A stretch of DNA of 64,000 nt from Candidatus Micrarchaeota archaeon (GTDB lineage: Archaea > Micrarchaeota > Micrarchaeia > Anstonellales > Bilamarchaeaceae), in the NCBI GenBank assembly GCA_032123335.1, contig JAQBFN010000020.1, positions 7,540 to 71,539 of the forward strand. The letters are read 5' to 3'. Each line of letters starts with the position of its first letter. Position 1 is the stretch's first letter. Made by a program: the position numbers and the translations under genes. The notes beneath the pieces are model-generated. The model worked only from the letters and a program-made list of their open reading frames with translations. It made no database searches and was not told the DNA's origin. Positions 28,220-37,810 of the stretch are shown piece after piece.

Positions 28220-30588
28220 ACAAACTGCACATATTCATACTGATTGCAATTCTGCTATTCGGATGCACAGAAATGGAAAACTATTATGAGGGGGAAGGGA
28301 AAGAAATAAACCGCACAGAACCCCTGGATATGGACAACCTGATTTCCTGTGACACCACAGACCATGATTGCATCTGCATGGTCTGCGAAAACAGTGATTC
28401 ATTTGAATTCACCAATCCCTTCAACCGTTTTTACAGCATAGACCTCAGGGAAGGAGAATGCAGATTCGAAACAGATTGCACAGAGGAAAAATTCCTGGAA
28501 ATCTCCACCCCGGATTTTGAGAATTTCCTTTTTGGCCAGGAGCAGGTGCGCTTCTTCATGCTTGGCCAGGGCTCGAATTTTGCAGAGTTCGCAGACGCAA
28601 ACCGCTACTGCAATAACTCCCTTAGGCTCGCAGTCCGCTGGCTCTATTCCACTGATGGATTTGAGTATCCTGCCCCCCAGCCCGAGCGCGCAGAATGCTT
28701 CCTTGAAAAGGACACGCTTCCCGTTTACCTCCTTTACAGCGAAGGAGAAGCAATGAGCGTCCCCCGTGCTGCTTACATCGCATCGCAATTCCAGGAATCC
28801 GGCCCCGTAATCCTTACTTCTGAATTCGATTTCGACCCCTCCAACTTCCAACAGCTTAACGATGCAATAGACCAGGCTATCGCAATGAAATCCGCTTGCC
28901 CTGATTGCCTGATTGCAATCGCACCCAAATTCAAATACAACTACAGCGAAGTTGATGGCGAATATTACGGCTATAACCACACCTACGATGCAATCGATTA
29001 CATTTTCGAGACCCAGGAGGCCCGTGACAGCATAGCCCTTGTTGCCATAGGCCTCAATTCCCATTACACCCAAAACTGTGCAGGCGCTTCCCTCCTTTGG
29101 GATGGGATGGCTTACTCCAAATACATAATGCAGCAGCATGGAAAGCCCACGCTCTGGGCATATGTTCTTCTTGATGATAGGCAGCCCAGTGCAGCCCCCT
29201 ATGGTTCCCTTGAATACTGCGAATGGAATTCAGATGAGATCACACGAACATACGGTGACCTCTACAAATACATCCCCTCTTTCGTAAACAATGGGGTAAT
29301 CGGAATCGCCCCATATTCCCTTTACGGTCTGGGTACGGGTCCGCTTGAATGCGCAGATTGCGGAATGATGGCAGTGGATGGAACAACTTATCCACAGCAC
29401 GCAGAATGGTTTTCCCTCTGCCAGGTTTACTATACCGGGAGGGGAGTAATCCCAGTGGTTTTCTCCCCCAGCCCATGCGCTGACTGCTCATTTGCAAACA
29501 ACTTCAACATGTTCCAGCTTTCCGACTCTTACTACGGCTCCGGCCCAACCATTGAGCAATACCAGGACAAGGCAGTTGCTCCCTTCTCCACATTCTATAG
29601 GTGCAACGGACAGCTCATGAGTGAGGTACCCGAAGAGATAACCCTCCCTTCTTACTCTGCGGGCGATAATGAATGCAACTGGTACCCCGAGCTGGATATT
29701 TTCTCAGACCTCCGAGACTCCGACCCTGTGCTTGCCCGTGCAATAACCTGGGGTGAAACCGGCTTAAATGATGATACTGAAGGCCCAGATGGCGACATGT
29801 GTGAAGCTTCTGATGTTGATTTTGGCCTGGCCAGCTTTCCTGAATGCGTAACCGACCCAGAGGGAAGATGTGGAACACAGTGCGCCCCGACAAACTGGCG
29901 CAAGCATTCCCTGGGCCTCATGCAAATCCATGTATATCCCCAGCAAATCTGGGCCGATTATCCCCCTGGCTCTGGAACAGAGCAGGAGGCTCTCTGGTGC
30001 GCTGGAAATGCCGTAGATGGATTCAACCCATTCAACAAAGCCCACAACGCATGCGTAGGGACCGCAATCATCCTGGAATATCTCCAGGTGGGAAAATCCA
30101 AGGTTTCAAGCAATGAGCAGCAGCTCGGGCTCGCCTACCTAAAAACCACATATGGGGAAGACAGCGATGAATACCTCAACATGAAGAACGCATTCATTGT
30201 TTTCATTTCTTCTTATTACTACAACGGGTTCTCAGCCTTCCAGAACGGAATAGATTCCTGGATATATGAATACTCCAAGCAGAGCGGGATAACCGATGAA
30301 TACTGCGAAGTTGCAGCCGGCTCAGACCCCTGCTGCAACAGCGATGGCACAGCCAAGAGCAACAACTGCTGTGGAGTAGAGAACTTCATAAACTACTACC
30401 AGTCCTGCAAGCTCCCCACACTTTCCAACCAGCAGGCAGGGGCATACGGGCTTAGGCTCCTCGGCCACTACAAAGCCCTTCTAAAATGCGAAAAATACGA
30501 TGAGGCCCAGCACGAGCAGAACCTCATAGACTACCTTGAATCCTATGGTGAATCATTAGAAGAACCAGAGGAAGCGGAAGAAAGCTAG
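28216..30588 (+). CDS. Cys-rich lipoprotein with C-terminal lytic transglycosylase (SLT/GH23-like) domain
   Basis: Lipobox LLFGC; DPVLARAITWGETG, SLGLMQI, NACVGTAII, YYNG motifs; ATGA overlap with the giant gene. Confidence 0.7.
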   Translation: MNKLHIFILIAILLFGCTEMENYYEGEGKEINRTEPLDMDNLISCDTTDHDCICMVCENSDSFEFTNPFNRFYSIDLREGECRFETDCTEEKFLEISTPDFENFLFGQEQVRFFMLGQGSNFAEFADANRYCNNSLRLAVRWLYSTDGFEYPAPQPERAECFLEKDTLPVYLLYSEGEAMSVPRAAYIASQFQESGPVILTSEFDFDPSNFQQLNDAIDQAIAMKSACPDCLIAIAPKFKYNYSEVDGEYYGYNHTYDAIDYIFETQEARDSIALVAIGLNSHYTQNCAGASLLWDGMAYSKYIMQQHGKPTLWAYVLLDDRQPSAAPYGSLEYCEWNSDEITRTYGDLYKYIPSFVNNGVIGIAPYSLYGLGTGPLECADCGMMAVDGTTYPQHAEWFSLCQVYYTGRGVIPVVFSPSPCADCSFANNFNMFQLSDSYYGSGPTIEQYQDKAVAPFSTFYRCNGQLMSEVPEEITLPSYSAGDNECNWYPELDIFSDLRDSDPVLARAITWGETGLNDDTEGPDGDMCEASDVDFGLASFPECVTDPEGRCGTQCAPTNWRKHSLGLMQIHVYPQQIWADYPPGSGTEQEALWCAGNAVDGFNPFNKAHNACVGTAIILEYLQVGKSKVSSNEQQLGLAYLKTTYGEDSDEYLNMKNAFIVFISSYYYNGFSAFQNGIDSWIYEYSKQSGITDEYCEVAAGSDPCCNSDGTAKSNNCCGVENFINYYQSCKLPTLSNQQAGAYGLRLLGHYKALLKCEKYDEAQHEQNLIDYLESYGESLEEPEEAEES

Positions 30589-30992
30589 TTCTTCCTTCCA
30601 AACCCTAATTTCCTTTTCCAGTAGAAGAATGTTCTCCTGGGCATCATGAGCTCCTTCATTTTCTCATCATTGCTCGTTTTCTTGGAAATAACCGCCCTAA
30701 TCTTCTTCTCATCATATTTCTGCGGCCTTCCCCTCTTGCACTTCCTTACAATGACCTCTACGCTCTTCCCCAGGCTCCCCATCACTTTCCTTGGGATAGT
30801 CCTGGAAATGCCTTCGCTTATGTATAATTTCTTTATTCTTGTCTCATTAAGCAGGATCACAAACATCATCACATTAGGCTTGGTTTTCAAAAAGAATGAT
30901 TCTGCATCCTTGTTATCAGTTATCTGCCTATAGATGTTATCCCTGGTTCCTTTGAGCTCGATTGCGCTAAGTTCTTTTGAACAATCCGGCAT
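30585..30992 (-). CDS. Hypothetical protein with C-terminal HTH-like region
   Basis: KRGRPQKY...MMPRRTFFYWKRK. Confidence 0.6.
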   Translation of the reverse strand: MPDCSKELSAIELKGTRDNIYRQITDNKDAESFFLKTKPNVMMFVILLNETRIKKLYISEGISRTIPRKVMGSLGKSVEVIVRKCKRGRPQKYDEKKIRAVISKKTSNDEKMKELMMPRRTFFYWKRKLGFGRKN

Positions 30993-31029
30993 AATTTCTC
31001 ACCTGCGACTAAGATTCAATTAATCCTCA

Positions 31030-32319
31030 CTATTCCTTTTTAACCCTTTTGAGGAATTCTCCTCCCTTCCCCTCTTTCTCTATGGATTTCAGCAGCATTC
31101 TTGAACCCTTTACTTCTTCCAAACCCATTCCCAGGAACTCTGAAACCCACTTCTCATCCTTCCCCCCTTCTTCCAGGAGCAACGCCGCCCCCAATTTCTT
31201 ATTGTCTATCCTTACTCCCATCTCCTCAATCTCCATCTTCTTCCTGAGGATTGTTGTTGCGGGCAGCCCATCAGCCTCATACAGGAATGTAAATATCCTC
31301 ATCTGGCTGTTGCTCGGGACCACCGCCATTCCGGGATAAAGATTGCTCTTCTTTCTCTGCTCCCTGGGCGTAGTAAGGTAAAACTTGAACATGGGGGCAA
31401 GCAGCAGCATAGTGCTCCTTTCCAATATTTTATTCCTCCTCTCACTCTTTCTTTTTCCTATCTCAGCTGCAAGGTTCTTCCCCATTGTGTATTCCCCGTC
31501 ATTCTTGGAAAGCAATCCCTTCTCTGCAAGCTCCTTCTTGAGTTCCTCATACCCCTCCACCTGGTCCACCCTCACATCTGGCCTAAGCCCCTTTCCCCGC
31601 ATATAATCATTATATTTCTTGATTTCCCCCTTCTCCTCTTCTTCCAGCTCCCACACAACCGTTTTTGCAATATAGTTAACAATTGCAGCCACAAGCGAGA
31701 TCCTTGTTCCCTTTGATGCAATAATTAGCTTCCTCTTCAGGCTCGGCTTTACTTCTTTCACAACTGCCTCAAGCCCAAACATCCTCGCCACTTTATAATC
31801 AATCCTCTCCTTGTCCTCAACCTGCACAGTATGAATCTCTCCCCCGCTATCTACCTTTACCTGGAAGCACCTGCTCACATCCGCCATCAGGTCCATCCTG
31901 TCCATAATGGTTCTGTATGCAAGAATCCCCTCTCCCCCTGATTCCATCAGCACCCCGATATGGTTCCCATCCAGAGGAGTATGCTCCACAATGTCTGCAT
32001 ACCCCATTTCCAGGAAGTGCTGGGAAAGCTTGTGCGCGGAAAGCGCTATGCTCGCCCGCGCCAAACTATATTTCTTTAAATTAGCAATCTGCTTAAAGTA
32101 TGAAACCTGCTTCTTCAGGTCTGCCCACTCAGCCTCATCCATGTCCTTTGCTTCTTCCATTGTCCTCTGCAGAATCCCCTTAAAGGGTGCATTGAATCCT
32201 GCAAAAAGCATCCCTTCCCTTACCTCTCCTATTCTCTGGATATTCTCGCTCTTGAAGGGTCTCGCATCTTTCAATATATCCTCAAGCTGCTGTACAAGCG
32301 ACATCGATGGAAGGTTCAT
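31030..32319 (-). CDS. Hypothetical protein translationally coupled to top6A
   Basis: 429-aa ORF; ATG overlaps the top6A stop codon. Confidence 0.75.
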   Translation of the reverse strand: MNLPSMSLVQQLEDILKDARPFKSENIQRIGEVREGMLFAGFNAPFKGILQRTMEEAKDMDEAEWADLKKQVSYFKQIANLKKYSLARASIALSAHKLSQHFLEMGYADIVEHTPLDGNHIGVLMESGGEGILAYRTIMDRMDLMADVSRCFQVKVDSGGEIHTVQVEDKERIDYKVARMFGLEAVVKEVKPSLKRKLIIASKGTRISLVAAIVNYIAKTVVWELEEEEKGEIKKYNDYMRGKGLRPDVRVDQVEGYEELKKELAEKGLLSKNDGEYTMGKNLAAEIGKRKSERRNKILERSTMLLLAPMFKFYLTTPREQRKKSNLYPGMAVVPSNSQMRIFTFLYEADGLPATTILRKKMEIEEMGVRIDNKKLGAALLLEEGGKDEKWVSEFLGMGLEEVKGSRMLLKSIEKEGKGGEFLKRVKKE

Positions 32320-33413
32320 GGCAACCACTCTTTACCGTTTATTTTCTTTCTTATGTACTCGCCTACGAATGTAAGCCTCTCACCCTGGAGTGCATCCTGC
32401 TCAATCTTTCTCTTGTCCTTCAACACTCTTTTGAGCTCCTCAACCCACTCTGGATGCACGTTAATCCACGGGTAACTCAACATCTCTTCCGCTCTTTTAA
32501 TATCTATCGGCTTCGCCTTAATAGTTAGTTTTTTCAGGAACTCAAACTCATCAATATCCGCCATTGTTACCCCGAGAAACCTTGCCTCCGGGATCGAGAA
32601 ATCCCGCCCCAGGTATGCAAGGTTCATGCTTCCTGTTTTAATCGTCCAGTAGATGTACCACCCCCACGCATCACAATCCGTAAATACATAGACCGGCAAT
32701 CCCTTGTCCGCCAGCCTCCGAAGCAATCTCCTGGTTCCCCGAGATGCCTGCCCCTTAGGAGTAATAAGTATACAGTTCTCTTTCTTCCAGAACCTGTCCT
32801 CATTCAGCCTCTGCCAGAGCGCATCCTTTTCCACTACAAGAACATAATCCGCTTTCACATCAACAAATTCCATCCCGTTGTCCACATCACTCGGAATCAT
32901 CCACCCGCTCCTTCCCTGCTTTGCACAATCAATAGTGGTTTCCTCCCCAGCAAAGGTATCCTTCACAATCATATCCCCTGCAACAACCCCCTTCCTATCC
33001 GTAGTCAGGTGCAAATCTTCCCTCTTTATCCCCATCGACACCTCCAGATCCTCAATAAGCGAATTCGATTCAGTCTGCTCCTCAAACAGGCTCTCGTCCA
33101 TATTCTCCCCAAGGCTAAACTTCAACTGATAATACAAACCCCTGATGCTCGTATGCAAACCCTCAATCAAAAACTTCTTGGTTTTATTCGCAACCGCAAC
33201 GGTCTGCATAAACGTCCTGGCCTGCGCCACATTCAAAAATTTCCTCTCCTCCTTCTTCTCCCCCAGGCGCAAAAAACCAACCGACTTATCATACTCTATA
33301 TTCCCCCTGCTCCTCAAAGGCGTTTCAAAAGTGGGAGATTCCTTCTTCCTTACCTGCTTAATCATGCTCTTCCCAAGGCCCTCCAGCTTCTCAATGGTCT
33401 CTTTCTCTCCCAT
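32316..33413 (-). CDS. top6A: DNA topoisomerase VI subunit A
   Basis: SIRGLYY catalytic Tyr; LVVEKDA; KGQASRGTR; FTDCDAWG Toprim; KIEQDAL. Confidence 0.96.
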   Translation of the reverse strand: MGEKETIEKLEGLGKSMIKQVRKKESPTFETPLRSRGNIEYDKSVGFLRLGEKKEERKFLNVAQARTFMQTVAVANKTKKFLIEGLHTSIRGLYYQLKFSLGENMDESLFEEQTESNSLIEDLEVSMGIKREDLHLTTDRKGVVAGDMIVKDTFAGEETTIDCAKQGRSGWMIPSDVDNGMEFVDVKADYVLVVEKDALWQRLNEDRFWKKENCILITPKGQASRGTRRLLRRLADKGLPVYVFTDCDAWGWYIYWTIKTGSMNLAYLGRDFSIPEARFLGVTMADIDEFEFLKKLTIKAKPIDIKRAEEMLSYPWINVHPEWVEELKRVLKDKRKIEQDALQGERLTFVGEYIRKKINGKEWLP

Positions 33414-33414
33414 G

Positions 33415-34953
33415 CTAATCAAACCTCTCTTCAATCATTTTCTGCAGCCCGGCCTTAATCTCCCCTTCATCCGCCTTATTCCCCGCAAGGTCTGCCATGT
33501 CCCCGCTAATCTGCCCCACATACTTCATAATTGCTTTTTTCTTGGTGCTCTTCTCCTTCTCCCTTCTTCTCCCTGAAAGGTGCTTCTGCACCTGCCTTCC
33601 CGCCTCCATGAGCGCATTCCTTATCTCCTCAACCACATCATCTTCCCCGGAAATAGATTGCTTTCCCGCAGAAGTATACGGCACATGCACACTGGCCAAA
33701 TTCACAAGTATCGCAATAGGCTCCTCATCAAACTTCTTGATTTCGTACCTCTTCCACTCTACGTTCTTTGCAGTCTGTGTTATCGCACATCCCCCCGCAT
33801 CAAACAGAAGCGGCGCACGGTTCGCAAACCTCATCACAACTCCCCCCTTCCCTTCCTTATTTATGTCTCCCCCATATGCAATCCCCACCTCCACCACAAA
33901 TGGAATCCCCCCTCTATAAATCTTAGGCGGCCTGCTTGTAACATAAACCAATTCCGGATTCAGGATATTGTTCAATGATTTCTCAATCTGCTCTTTTCCA
34001 ATCGGAATAACCGAATCAGTAGCAGGCGCAATCCATTTCACCTTCCTGAACCCGACCACCAGCTTTTCCGCATCATCCCAGGTAAGCTTCGAGGGTTTCA
34101 TGTCCAAATTCACTTCAGGAACAAGCTCCTTCAGCTCCTTCACCTTATTCAAACTAATGCGCGTAAACTCATTCTGCAGCATCGCAGACAACCGGTTATA
34201 CTGCTTCGCTGCCTTCGCAATATCCAGCAAATCGTTTGCCCCAATGCCCAAAGGATGCGGCTTCACCTCCTGCGCCTTCTCCGGAAGGCCTTCCACGGAT
34301 TGGGGGTATACAAACCTGTCCCCCTCCGGGCTGTTGAATACAATCCTTGCATGCGGATTCACAATCGCAGTCCGCTTCAGGTACTCCCCAACCCCATATG
34401 CACTCTTCTCATATTTTGTATCAGCAAAAACCCCTTCCACTTCCAGCCCATGCTCCTCAGGAGGGCAATCCTCCCGCACAACCTCCGTAAGCACCGGCCT
34501 GTTCCCCTTAAAATCAATCCCCAGCTTGCAGCTCACTTTCTTTCCGAGGTGCTTTGAAACCACGCTCACCGGCTGCCCGGTAGTAATCAATGAATACATT
34601 GTGCATCCTGCAGCCCCAATTCCCTGCTGCCCCCTCTGCTGCACATACCTGTGGAACTTGGTTCCCGCAAGCATCATCCCCAACGCTTTCCCCAGGATGT
34701 TCTCAGGAATCCCGGGCCCATTATCCCTAACCTTTACCCTATACCTATCATTTTTCTCAATCTCTTCCACCCAAACTTCTATGTCCGGGTGTATCCCCGC
34801 TTCCCCGCAAGCATCCAGCGAATTAGTAATATACTCATGCACAATTGTAGTAAGCGAGCGGATTTTCCCTGAAAACCCCAGCATCTGCCTGTTTTTCTTG
34901 AAGAACTCCGCAACGGAATATTCCTTGAACCCGCTAAATATGTTCTCAGCCAT
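33415..34953 (-). CDS. top6B: DNA topoisomerase VI subunit B
   Basis: SVAEFFKKNRQMLGF, EYITNSLDA, DNGPGI, RGQQGIG, RFANRAPLL. Confidence 0.96.
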   Translation of the reverse strand: MAENIFSGFKEYSVAEFFKKNRQMLGFSGKIRSLTTIVHEYITNSLDACGEAGIHPDIEVWVEEIEKNDRYRVKVRDNGPGIPENILGKALGMMLAGTKFHRYVQQRGQQGIGAAGCTMYSLITTGQPVSVVSKHLGKKVSCKLGIDFKGNRPVLTEVVREDCPPEEHGLEVEGVFADTKYEKSAYGVGEYLKRTAIVNPHARIVFNSPEGDRFVYPQSVEGLPEKAQEVKPHPLGIGANDLLDIAKAAKQYNRLSAMLQNEFTRISLNKVKELKELVPEVNLDMKPSKLTWDDAEKLVVGFRKVKWIAPATDSVIPIGKEQIEKSLNNILNPELVYVTSRPPKIYRGGIPFVVEVGIAYGGDINKEGKGGVVMRFANRAPLLFDAGGCAITQTAKNVEWKRYEIKKFDEEPIAILVNLASVHVPYTSAGKQSISGEDDVVEEIRNALMEAGRQVQKHLSGRRREKEKSTKKKAIMKYVGQISGDMADLAGNKADEGEIKAGLQKMIEERFD

Positions 34954-34956
34954 GCC

Positions 34957-35481
34957 CTACCCCTTGAGTTTAATGGCCAGCTTCATCGCCCGCACCGTCT
35001 TAAGGTAATTGAGCACCGTTGTGTGTGGCGCCCCATCAAGAATCTTGAATATCGCTTCTTTTGTAAATTCCATCAGTTCCGCAGGCGCAATTATCGCAAT
35101 TGTGTGCCCGTACATGCAGAGGTATGAATCCGTGGAATCCTCTATATCCTTCTTGATTTTTCCTTTCTCACCAATTACCCTTCCCGTCATTCTCTTGCGG
35201 GCATTCTCTGTACTAAACTGGTCCCTTAAATCTATCACATGGAATAGATAATCATCTTTAAAAAGCTTAACCGCTTCCGCAATTTTGAACCCCCTCCCAA
35301 TCGCATGCACAACATCTTTTGCAAAAAATGCATCCGCACCGTCCCCCTCAATCGTCACTTCCCCCTCATCCTTCACGCTAATCTTCACATTATAATTATC
35401 TTCAATCATTTTTTTGTTCTTCATCTTTCCGCCCATAAGCTCCCCAACTCGCTCCTCAGGAATTCGTATAATCTCCATCAT
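34957..35481 (-). CDS. KH-domain rRNA processing protein (Dim2/Pno1/Krr1 family)
   Basis: AIGRGF, GRVIGEKGK, ILDGAPHTTV. Confidence 0.88.
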   Translation of the reverse strand: MMEIIRIPEERVGELMGGKMKNKKMIEDNYNVKISVKDEGEVTIEGDGADAFFAKDVVHAIGRGFKIAEAVKLFKDDYLFHVIDLRDQFSTENARKRMTGRVIGEKGKIKKDIEDSTDSYLCMYGHTIAIIAPAELMEFTKEAIFKILDGAPHTTVLNYLKTVRAMKLAIKLKG

Positions 35482-35485
35482 TGTT

Positions 35486-36436
35486 TCACCCCAGGCTCTT
35501 TTCTGCTTCTTTTTTTACTTCCGGAGGCAACCCCTCAGGAATCAGCTCCTTCGCCTTCGTCTTCCCATAAATTTTCTTTGCAAGCGCCCCCAGCTCATCC
35601 ATTTCCTTCCCCCTCAATCTCGAAAACATCTTAGTAAACTCCCCCCCAGCCCCATCCTTTGAATTCCCAATAATGTGCTCCAGCGCCATCCTGAATATCT
35701 CATCCGGCTCATACACATACAGCCCCACCGCCTTTTTCGCAGCCGCCTCCACTTTGTGCATCTTCAGTGTTTCCAGCGCCACCCTCTTCGTCTCTAAATC
35801 CCAGTCATCCATCATGTCCACAAACAATTTTGCAACATCCGCATCCCCGGGAAGCAGTATCGCAAGCGCTTCCATCGCATAAACCTGCGGCTCATTAATC
35901 TCAGTTCTCGCAATATTCAGCAACTCTCCCCTCACATGCCCCACAAGCTCATCATCCCCCAAATGCGTAATATAAGATAATGCTGCCTCAGAAGGCCTAT
36001 CCTCACCGAGTATCGCCTTTATCCATCCCCCCACCAGCTCCTTATTATGCGTAAATCCATCCCCGAACGCCATCATCATATTGAGGTCCGGCCCTTTCTT
36101 CCTCTCATACAAATTGTTCAGCGCTCTCTCGAGCACATCCCCCCACTGCCCCATCACAATCATCGTAAACAGGCACTTCGCAAGCGTAGCCTTCGGCACC
36201 TTCATCCTGTGCGCTTTTGGGGACTCCTGGAGCACGCTGCACCCTATGTTCACCAGCGCCTCCCGTATCCCCGCGTACTTCTCCACCAGCGCATCAAACC
36301 CTTCCCCTTCCCTATATGCCTCTATCATTGCCCAGAATATCTCCCGCGGATTCGCGTCCGAGGAAAGCTTGTGCTTGGACATCTTCACGATGTCTTCCGG
36401 CAGCGTAGGGGGAGGCTGCTCTTTGTTGTCCTGCAT
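35486..36436 (-). CDS. Alpha-helical (HEAT/ARM-like) protein
   Basis: DDWDLETKRVALETL-type repeats; same strand as the pno1/top6 cluster. Confidence 0.6.
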   Translation of the reverse strand: MQDNKEQPPPTLPEDIVKMSKHKLSSDANPREIFWAMIEAYREGEGFDALVEKYAGIREALVNIGCSVLQESPKAHRMKVPKATLAKCLFTMIVMGQWGDVLERALNNLYERKKGPDLNMMMAFGDGFTHNKELVGGWIKAILGEDRPSEAALSYITHLGDDELVGHVRGELLNIARTEINEPQVYAMEALAILLPGDADVAKLFVDMMDDWDLETKRVALETLKMHKVEAAAKKAVGLYVYEPDEIFRMALEHIIGNSKDGAGGEFTKMFSRLRGKEMDELGALAKKIYGKTKAKELIPEGLPPEVKKEAEKSLG

Positions 36437-36569
36437 CGCAATCCATCTTCTATTTAATAGAGAACCTTTTTAAATTCACGTCAGAGAATTTCCCACATCG
36501 ACGTATTTCTCCTCCCCCAATTAAACACTAACCAACACATTTAAATACAACCTCCCACCCAATATATAC

Positions 36570-37109
36570 ATGGGAAAAGCACTCAAAATCCAGCCCCAGA
36601 GGCCAATCCCGCTCCAGAGGGTTCCCAGCCGCAGGCAAATGCCCTTCAATCCCACTTCCAAACAACTCATGTTCGAAAACACTGAACGCACCTCCCTCAA
36701 GAATTCCCTTGGGGAACGCTTCACTCTCACTGTTGAAAGATTGTACCCTGGTGGATACGATATAGAGCTCAAAAGCAAGGACAGGGAAGCAGGGCAACTC
36801 ATAATCGACATAAGCCTCAGAACCTACAAAGAAAAGAACAAAGTTTGCATTTCCAGCATCACCTGCTGGACTCCGAAGCTGCCGGACCAGGCTTACTCCA
36901 AGCCCCCCAAGGAAAACAGGGGCTTCGGAATTATCCGCCTTGCAATCCAGTTCGCAAAAAAAATCGCAAAAGAACAGGGCATCTCCCGCATTACAATCAT
37001 GCCTTACTGCTTTGCGCTCAGGGACCATTATGTAAATTCCGGATTCAGGGAGGAGCCCGTTTCGGACACAATCAAGAAGCACGAACTTGTTATGCACCTG
37101 AAACAGTAG
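36570..37109 (+). CDS. Putative GNAT-fold acetyltransferase
   Basis: NRGFGIIRLAIQFAKKIAKEQG (motif A-like) and HYVNSGF (motif B-like). Confidence 0.55.
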   Translation: MGKALKIQPQRPIPLQRVPSRRQMPFNPTSKQLMFENTERTSLKNSLGERFTLTVERLYPGGYDIELKSKDREAGQLIIDISLRTYKEKNKVCISSITCWTPKLPDQAYSKPPKENRGFGIIRLAIQFAKKIAKEQGISRITIMPYCFALRDHYVNSGFREEPVSDTIKKHELVMHLKQ

Positions 37110-37227
37110 GGGCCGAAGCCTCAAGCCATTTTATGCCTTAAAGCCTCTCATTATTTGAACAGTTAGAAGCCGTGACATCACGCCTCGAAGCTCCTCATTA
37201 ATTTAATTAGTAAATAGCGGGACTTCA

Positions 37228-37300
37228 AGCCGTGAACGAGAGTCGAACTCGTGACCTCGTGCTTACCAAGCACGCGCTCTACCAACTGAGCTACCACGGC
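37228..37300 (-). tRNA. tRNA-Thr (GGT)
   Basis: Reverse complement GCCGTGGTAGCTCAGTTGGTAGAGC...CGTGC-TTGGTAA-GCACG...GTTCGACTC. Confidence 0.95.
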
Positions 37301-37467
37301 AAGTTTTTATAACCGCGTTACGCTTACGCAAAAACTTGCGTCAAAAAACACCGCATTACGCTACCTTTTTGGTTTACTCTGCACTGCTCCGGTGCATAAA
37401 CCTGCACATGGGAGTATTGTTTTTGTTTTATTGGAAGGAAAAGATAAAAAGGGTAACTCTCCCGGAT

Positions 37468-37773
37468 CTAAACCAGGGAGATTTTAACGAAGACGCTGTC
37501 AGGCACTTTAACTCTGAGAATCTGCCTAATCATCTTCTCATCGCCCTCTACAATAACGAGCCTCTTGGAGATTCTCTTCTCCCAGTGCTCATAGGTGTCC
37601 GAACCATCCCCGCAGGGAGTTCTCCTCGGGTCAACCATGAGCCTTTTCCTGGGCATAGGCACAGGCCCAGTAACGGTCATGTTCAGAGTACGGGATAGGT
37701 CCTTAATCTGGTCAATGACCTTGTCAAGGTCTCCAGGGGATTCCCCCTTGAGGATTATTTTCGCCTTCGTCAT
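37468..37773 (-). CDS. rps10: 30S ribosomal protein S10 (uS10)
   Basis: GPVPMP, RRTPCGDGSDTYEHWEKRISKRL; lies downstream of tuf. Confidence 0.95.
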   Translation of the reverse strand: MTKAKIILKGESPGDLDKVIDQIKDLSRTLNMTVTGPVPMPRKRLMVDPRRTPCGDGSDTYEHWEKRISKRLVIVEGDEKMIRQILRVKVPDSVFVKISLV

Positions 37774-37810
37774 CAAATCACGTTTCCAAAATAAAAGGAA
37801 GGGGGAGAAG

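Noticed and set aside
22592-30588. Provirus (tape measure protein plus lysin) interpretation
   Set aside because: No capsid, terminase, portal, integrase or att sites; both proteins have signal or lipoprotein N-termini typical of cellular surface proteins.
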